The position numbers and the translations under genes were made by a program. A stretch of 63,608 nt of DNA, counting the filler, from Choristocarpus tenellus KU-1152 (lineage: Eukaryota; Protista; Phaeophyceae): the NCBI GenBank assembly GCA_964200185.2. It is 8 parts of 8 records of this genome, joined end to end, with 100 filler letters (N's around TTAATTAATTAA, not from the genome) between each part and the next. Parts side by side here need not be neighbours in the genome. Positions count along the whole stretch, not along the records: positions 54,390 to 57,123 come from CAXNAD020025212.1; positions 57,224 to 60,575 come from CAXNAD020020612.1; positions 60,676 to 63,608 come from CAXNAD020023549.1; 5 more parts are not named here. One strand, written 5' to 3'. Under the pieces are notes generated by a model that saw only the letters and a list, made by a program, of their open reading frames with translations, was not told where the DNA came from and ran no database searches. Positions within the stretch are counted from its first letter, which is position 1. The number at the start of each line of letters is the position of its first letter. Positions 56,703 to 63,608 of this stretch are shown one piece after another.

Positions 56703-56971
56703 GACCCAAAGCATTTTAGAGGGCAGGAGTTTTGTCCTGTTTGTCCGTTTTGGGCCTGGCTTTTCACGGGTTTTTATGCCCTTTATCGGTTTTCTGTGTA
56801 AACACACAGTTCCCTAATTCGAAACATTTCTGAGTACGACTATGAAATGTATGTCCAGAGCAAGTATATTGACACTTCCTAACGAATGTGACTGCCAAAA
56901 TTCATCAAAATCGAAAAATCGGATTATGACCCCGAACGGACGCGGCCCGACCCTCTTAAATGCTTTGGGGC
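56703..56971 (+). mobile_element. MITE family A, GAC-terminal subfamily, TSD ATCA
   Basis: GACCCAAAGCATTTTAGAGGG...CCCTCTTAAATGCTTTGGGGC; ATCA at 56699-56702 and 56972-56975. Confidence 0.9.
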
Positions 56972-57097
56972 ATCAGTTACACATTGACGAATGATGTTGC
57001 CTATTTTTCTTGCCGCTCGATACGGTGGTCTACTATCCGGTTTAGTGCCTGGTTGTAGTGGAAAGTCAACAGAAATAGTGATACTACCAAGATTGGT

Positions 57098-57123
57098 GAC
57101 CCAAAGTATCTGGGAGGGGGGGG
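57098..57123 (+). mobile_element. Left end of a family-B MITE, running into a gap
   Basis: GACCCAAAGTATCTGGGAGGGGGGG. Confidence 0.75.
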
Positions 57124-57228
57124 NNNNNNNNNNNNNNNNNNNNNNNNNNNNNNNNNNNNNNNNNNNNTTAATTAATTAANNNNNNNNNNNNNNNNNNNNN
57201 NNNNNNNNNNNNNNNNNNNNNNNTATAC

Positions 57229-57740
57229 GTACGTTTATATTTGGTTAGGTATGATACAGAGTACGTACGTATATAAAATATAATAAGTCAACATTAATCC
57301 ACACATCAGTGATGATGGATGGTTGACAGGCAATTTATAATTCAGTGTGTGTTTTACCATATAGTTCAACAGCTAGCTTCCGGCGACGAGCCTTAGATGC
57401 GCCAAGCTTCTCAACATTGTCATCCGTGAGTTGGAGGAGTTTGGTATGAAACCCATCTGAGGTCATGAGTGATGTAAACCCAACTCAAACCAATCCAGTT
57501 CGGCTGTGCCTCCTCTAGCTAGAGTATGTTGAAGTAAGGGCGCTTATAAGCGTATTTAACAGCTTAGCACATGAAAGACTCGTCGCCTAAAGCCGCTGGT
57601 CGAGTTACATGATAAACATACACTGAATCATAAATTGCCCGCCAGTCATCCATCATCACTGACGTATGAATGAATACTGACTCACCATGCTGCTATGCAC
57701 GTTAGTACTCTGCATTGTATCGAACTATAGATAAACGTAC
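57229..57740. repeat. Long imperfect inverted repeat (~185-nt arms, ~140-nt loop)
   Basis: 57229-57414 is complementary to 57555-57740, with a perfect 16-bp core TCAGTGATGATGGATG (57306-57321) / CATCCATCATCACTGA (57647-57662). Confidence 0.9.
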
Positions 57741-57841
57741 ATGAACCCATGTTATATATACTTGTATCAGCACATACAACGTAAGGACAACACTAGGTTA
57801 TTCGAGAGAGGGGTAATTTTTTGTTTGACCACTGACCGAAC

Positions 57842-60360
57842 ATGTCGAACCCAAAATCAAGAAGAAAACGTCGTGAACAAGAGCGCCTGACTCAACTCTT
57901 GGAGGAATCAAGAGAAGCAGAGGAACAGGGTTCATGAGCACGAGTCAGTAGAGGACATGGAATCCTCTACCAACCATAACTCAGAATAGTCTAGTAACAC
58001 GTCCATCTCGTCTAAAAACGCAACAAATGCCAATCGTAGACGAGGTTCCTCCCCTTCTTCGCCAACAGATTGTCGTTGCCGTTCAGAAACCGTGTCGTTT
58101 ACCTTTGAGCATCGTGTCAGCTTGGGCGACCGTGACACTCATCATGTCAACTTGTCGTGTCCTTTTCCAGGACGATCCTGTCTATCCTCCAAGTTCCACT
58201 ACTTGTGACGTGACCATTTCACAGCCTCAGTTTGGCGATGCTGTTCCAGCGTTCCTTACAAACCACGTGCATGAATGCACGAGAACAAACACAGAGCAGG
58301 CCGATTGGCTTCAGGATCTGTTGAAGCTGTGCAATTTACCTTGGGAGGTAATGCTATTTATCAGTAGTGAAGACAAGAAGGTGTGAAGCCTCACACGGTT
58401 CCCCATTGCTGAACGTGATTACACGGTTCAAATTAGAAGAGTGACCTTTGTGGGGTGTCTTCTATTGCTTGTTATTATTATTTGTCTCATACATAAGTCA
58501 ACGATTATGCCAAAGTAGTTGAATGCAGAATAATAACTCATACGCAATCCCATTCATAATCCGGATGTACTATCTCATTAGTTACATCTCTCATACACAA
58601 AATACGGTACCCCTCACTATTGTCCTATTTTGCACAGAAGCTTCGAGTTGGGGGAAATTGCGTTGATCAAGTAACACCTGTTGAACAGAGTAGCGATGTC
58701 TCGCACCTACAACCATCATCAGAAGGGAGTCGTTTTGATATTCCACTTCGGAAATCCTGGCTGGTCTGGCGATCACAGGTTCAGTTACCACTTCTATTCT
58801 CTAAATGGCATGTCGTAATCACTCTGCCTTCTCGTCCATAAGGTCCTAGATCCCTTGTAACGATTGATGGTCGTTGTGTAGAATTTTCCCCGAAAGTTCT
58901 TCAAGGACCCACCAGAACATTCTATTTTCAGGCATTAAGTGGTACAATAAAATGGCGTTCAACAAGTGATTTGACCAGATTGCATTTATGCCCTGACAAT
59001 TGTGTTCCAATACCCCTCGAACGTGGTCGAAAGATGTCCAGATTTTTTTTTTCTTTTACACTTTGACACCTTCCCATTCTGTTTTCTCATACAGACTTCG
59101 TCCCACCCCAACGAGAGAACCAATGTCTCCGGAGAGAAGTGGAGCGATTCCCCAACTTTGGTCCCAATAAATATTGGTTGATAATAGTGTTGTGGACGCC
59201 TTCAGTCACTCCTTGATTGGCAAGAGCAACGCCCATCCAAAGTGATCGTGAACTATTTACTAGTTCCACTACTATGTTTCCTACAGTGGACCAGGAACAA
59301 TTGCGAAAGGAGCTGGAATCCGAGTTCGGACCATATTTCAAGCATTTGTAGTCCCCCAACGTCGCCCTTCCACCTGATAAAAAATCGACGACGCCTATGT
59401 TGTACGTTTCCCTTCTCGAAATGGCTTACTGTTTCCGTTCGTATTTACCAGGCCATCTTCGTAAGGAGAGCACGTTTAGAGATCAATCAGTCATTCAATG
59501 CTCGTTAGTTCGTCTTGTACTCCATGGTTGCCATGACCGTGCATTGTTTGGAGGCCAGTTAGGTTTCAAACCCACGTTTGATAAAGTTAGAGACTCGTAT
59601 TGGTGGCCAACATTCAATATCGACGTTCGTACATGGCGTTGCTAGTTAAACAAGCCCAATGCGTAAGACTGCTCATCACAAAGCTACGCTTGCATCTGGC
59701 CATATACCCGTTGGCAGATCGTTTCAACGGGTTGCTATTGATTTGGTTGAGAACAAAACACGTTCCCCAGCAGCAAATTATGTTATGTGCTCGTATGTGC
59801 TATCTACCATTAATCACCTCATTCGTTTTGTTGTGGTGGGCCCTGTTCCAAACAAAGAGGCCACAACAATTGCTCGTACGCCAGTAGAACGTGTATTTTC
59901 AAGTGTTGACCCAACTGAGTTGTTACACTCTGATCAAGGTACCGAATTTGAAAACAATATCGTTGCAGAGTTGCAGTCTGTCTTTGGTTACAAGAAAACC
60001 AAAAACACACCGTATCACCCCAAGGAAATTCTGTGTTAGAGAGAGTACATGCCAGATCGCATTTTATGCTAGCAATGTATATCTCTGTTGCTGAAGATAA
60101 CTGGGCATCGTTACTGCCTTTCGTACAGTTAGCCCACAACACAACTTTCAGCGCAACATTGCATGAAACCCCGTTTTTCTTCTGTTTGGAAGACAAGCTC
60201 ATTTACCTGTTGATATTATCCTTGGTTCGTCTAGTGCTGGTTCAGATGTCACTACTGAAGAGTTTACTCAGCAAAACAAAGGTAGTTTACAGCTTGCATT
60301 TGAGTTCGCATGCCGTAACTGTTAAAGAATCTCCCAAATCATCAAAGAGGATAAAGGTGA
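57842..60360 (+). mobile_element. Decayed Ty3/Gypsy internal region: gag-like start and integrase
   Basis: H2C2 Zn finger (HGCHDRALFGGQLGFKPTFDKVRDSYWWPTFNIDV), core FQRVAIDLV...LLHSDQGTEF...TPYHP...ERVH...WASLLPFVQLAHNTTFSATLHETPFF; frameshifted. Confidence 0.88.
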
Positions 60361-60519
60361 TAAACCCAGCGAGATTGCTTGGTGTCTGTAGAGTGATTGA
60401 TTAAAGCTAAATGGAGCATGCAGCGCCCCATTAAACCAGAAATATTTCCTTTTATATGAGAACTTTTCTCATACAACTAATCACTTGTAAAAGGTTCTGA
60501 TAACTCAACCACTGAATGA

Positions 60520-60575
60520 GGCTCAAAGTATCTGTGAGGGGGTGGCGACTGTCCATTTGGGGTCAATTTTTTCAT
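60520..60575 (-). mobile_element. Family-B MITE end, running into a gap
   Basis: GGCTCAAAGTATCTGTGAGGGGGTGGCGACTGTCCATTTGGGGTCAATTTTTTCAT. Confidence 0.8.
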
Positions 60576-60925
60576 NNNNNNNNNNNNNNNNNNNNNNNNN
60601 NNNNNNNNNNNNNNNNNNNTTAATTAATTAANNNNNNNNNNNNNNNNNNNNNNNNNNNNNNNNNNNNNNNNNNNNTGACAACAGTGGTTAACAGTGGCAC
60701 ATACCCCCAGAAGGGGGGGCATACTTAAACCCCTGCTGTTAAGGTATACCTTTGGTGTGGTAGTGTTATCATCACACAGATACTCGGATCAGTGGGTACA
60801 CTACTACTGTTCGAATTGATTGCTATGGAATAGGTCAAGGTCTTGATGTGCTTGATAGTACTATTACTACTGCCTGTAGTGCTCTAGATGTCTCTTTTGA
60901 TCCTCTTCTTTTGAACCTTACCTCC

Positions 60926-61101
60926 TGTTGTCACACATCGCACTTGTACCCTTTTTTGTCATGATTACCTCTTGTCACACATCGCACTTGTACCCCCCTT
61001 TTGTCAAGATTAACTCTTGTTCTCACAAATCACACTTGTACTCCTTTTTGTCACGATTAACTCTTGTTCTCACGCACCACACTCTTACCCTTTTTTGTCA
61101 A
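60926..61101. repeat. ~45-bp minisatellite, 4 copies
   Basis: Repeating unit TTGT(T)C(T)CACACATCGCACTTGTACCCTTTTTTGTCA.GATTAACTC. Confidence 0.85.
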
Positions 61102-62815
61102 CTAGAATGAGGTTCAGGTTAGAAACATGAGAGTAAGTAAAAAAAAAAATTCTTGATGTAAAAATGTGATACAATTCTGTATCATATGAAAACGTATCCT
61201 TTTTTTTGTTCTATTTTTCTCCGCTTTACTTCTCAGCAGTTGGTTTGTTTTCCCTTGTCCCTGCCCTTCCCCCACCCCCCACCCCCCACCCCCCACTCCG
61301 TTGTCATCTTGCCCTGTTCTTTATTGGGCAGGAGGGGGGGGGGAAGATTCACCTCTTTTTTTATCAGGTCTACTATGAGTAAATGACAAGGGAGGGTGTA
61401 AGCTACTTGAGCTCATCACAGTGTGGGAAGTACTTCAAATAAAATAATTCCGTGTAAGAATTGTTACCACCGACCTAAAATCAAAGTGCTTGTCTCAGAA
61501 TCTACACACCCACTACTAATGTGCTGTAAGTATATATATATATATTATTTGTGTAAGATCTACCTTTTCTTCCCCCCCTCTCCCCCCCTCCAACTCTCCC
61601 CATGCATGATAATAAGGTATCTGAACATAGTCCAATTTGTTTTCGTCTGCTATTCCAACGAGTGTACTGTGTACTATATATGTGCTTGTTTTGTTTTATA
61701 TGTGCTGCCACCGACCTATTCCTCTCTGCTCCTTTTCCCCTCTTGCTACTCCCCACTATGGACAATGGCGTCACATCTGTGATGTAACTGTGGATGAGGT
61801 TAGATGCTGCAGGCTGCCAGTCTTGCCTCCCCTCGGGCAGTATTTGTGTGTGGGAACACAACCTCCACCACTGGACTAACGGTAACTCTCAATCATGTCT
61901 TATCAATCAATCAATCTATCAATCTAATTATCTATGCCATGTAGCAATGTGTTTTTTGTGTCTCCATCTGCAGTAGTTTTTTTTTGCTCGTATTATGTTG
62001 TGTGTGTATGGAGTGTTACATTGTGTTCATATTATGTTGTGTGTATGGAGTGTTACATTGTGTTTTTACGTTCCGTTTGTTTCCTTCAGTAAATACGAAT
62101 TAATATGGAGGTACGCCACGCAATCTTATCTATCATCCAATATTATCACTGCATATTTGTATGAATCTCCAGCGTCTATCTACACCTACAAATGTACTCT
62201 ATTACTTTTAAAGCACACACACACATATCAGATATGTACAGTATCATTTTGAAGTTCGACCTACCCTAACTCTTACCAAACATGCCTCCGATGAAACATC
62301 ACATGTATATATATATATATGTGTGTGTGAGTGTGTAGAGAGTGTATGTGTAGGTATTCAATGCCACCCAGAATTATCAGGTTATACAAACTAGCGGCCT
62401 TCCGATGTTGAGGACAGATTGGAGATTTTTCCACCAATTGGATCTGAGGGTATCTATCGACCAATCAGAATGAAGTGATCAGCTGTACAGCCAATTTACA
62501 TAATATCAATCACACCAGTTATTCAATACTTGACACCTTCATCAGTAGTTTCTTTGGGTTAGGGTTAGGGTTACCTTCTTAGTCACCCCATTTCACCAAC
62601 TCCGTCAATTCTACACTCTCTTCCCTGGTTGGTTGTGCATGTCCTGTGCTAACAGTACACAAAAAAGCAACATAGTTACTGTTGATTCAACCCTATCCAA
62701 ACCATCCTTTATCCCTAACCCTTACTGATTTTTTTCTTGTCCAAGGTGTACAGTTTGTAGCTTTACCCCTCCCCCGGTGGAAAAAAAAAAAGATACCTAA
62801 AAATTTTGCCTCAAG

Positions 62816-62887
62816 TGGTACCTCAACATGGTACCTAATATGGTACCCAATGTGGTACAACAACATGGCACCTAATGTGGTACCTCA
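62816..62887. repeat. Short tandem repeat built on TGGTACC
   Basis: Six degenerate 12-14-bp units. Confidence 0.7.
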
Positions 62888-63608
62888 AAATGATAACAAT
62901 ACTTGACGTCCAGGAACTTGACGTAATCAACAGACCGCCATCGTCCCTCTATTCTCAAGCCCTTCCCCTGAGACTGAGAAAATTATCTCGACCTTCACAT
63001 ATCAATCCCCCTTGAGTCCATTCCTTAGCGCCATTCCTTAGTGCCATTCTATCTTACTGAACCCTCTGTCTTGCACTCTCTTTTTTTTTCTTTGACTCCC
63101 TTCAGTGGGAGTCAGAACAAAGCAGTCCAATCTCTTACTATTGTTGATATTATTATTATTATTATTATTAGTTTTATTTTTTATATTCTATAACCGACCA
63201 ATCACAATCTCTGAATTCGGTCATGACAGTGAAGCCAGTTGGTCAACTACTGTTTATGTTTGTGTTTATGTTTGTGTTTATGTTTGTGCACCCCCGGTGG
63301 AGGAATGACATCGTGGTATTTGAGACAGTGTGAAAGCTATTTATTGAGTAAACCTCTTTGGACTCACTACGCGCACGCTAACCCTAAACAAAGCCTGCAG
63401 TTTTGTATGTTGAACTCTGTGGCGTGTTTCGGCACTGTCGAGTTCTTGTGCTTCGTGCAGTTGGGCGCTGCTCAGTTTTCCACAAGGGTTGATGCAGGCA
63501 ATTGGAAGGCGTAGGTAAAGGGTGAAAAACAAAAAAAACGGGCGGGGGGGCCCCGGCGGGGAGGGAGGGGCGGGGGCGGGGGCAGGGGGAGGAGGGTTTT
63601 TTTGGCGG

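Larger units (their letters stand above)
55730..57097 (-). mobile_element. Ty3/Gypsy reverse-transcriptase pseudogene, interrupted by MITEs
   Basis: RPPYRAA...[MITE]...IVKPSASPWASPVTVVAKPNGSPRFYVDFR...TPDGKYEFQRLLFGVRNVPWIFQRFM...LIYLDDIV...HYLGHDVSPQGI...[MITE]...RIEAILEMHTLQTVKDLQSFL. Confidence 0.92.

Noticed and set aside
60926-61101. CRISPR-like array (also considered 16877-16982, 25420-25542 and 62816-62887)
   Set aside because: Head-to-tail tandem units with no unique spacers, no cas genes, and a eukaryotic context; these are ordinary minisatellites.
61386-63540. Possible minus-strand exons of a further gene
   Set aside because: Some exon-like segments exist (~61720-61870, ~63380-63470), but other candidate segments have stops in all frames and no domain is recognisable.

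Overview
Intron-rich eukaryotic genomic DNA, most consistent with a photosynthetic stramenopile (ochrophyte or brown-alga relative; this is inference). The window is eight contigs joined by artificial 100-nt spacers (44 N + TTAATTAATTAA + 44 N), so adjacency across the spacers is not biological. Four spliced genes were reconstructed by hand: a PH-domain protein (+, 3' part), an OSR1/SPAK/Fray-type STE20 kinase (+, partial), a USP7-type deubiquitinase with an N-terminal signal-peptide-like leader (-, 3' end in a gap), and a complete 25-exon Na+/K+-type P-IIC ATPase of 1369 aa carrying a ~290-aa Cys-rich extracellular M7-M8 insertion (+). Intergenic and intronic space holds decayed Gypsy, Copia and LINE retroelements, two related MITE families with 4-bp versus 3-bp target-site duplications, and micro/minisatellites. 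The most unusual items are a decayed intronless array of ORFs resembling giant-virus penton (single jelly-roll) proteins ~3 kb downstream of the ATPase, the candidate periplastid (SELMA) deubiquitinase, the ATPase's possible built-in beta-subunit-like loop, and a ~510-nt fold-back hairpin.
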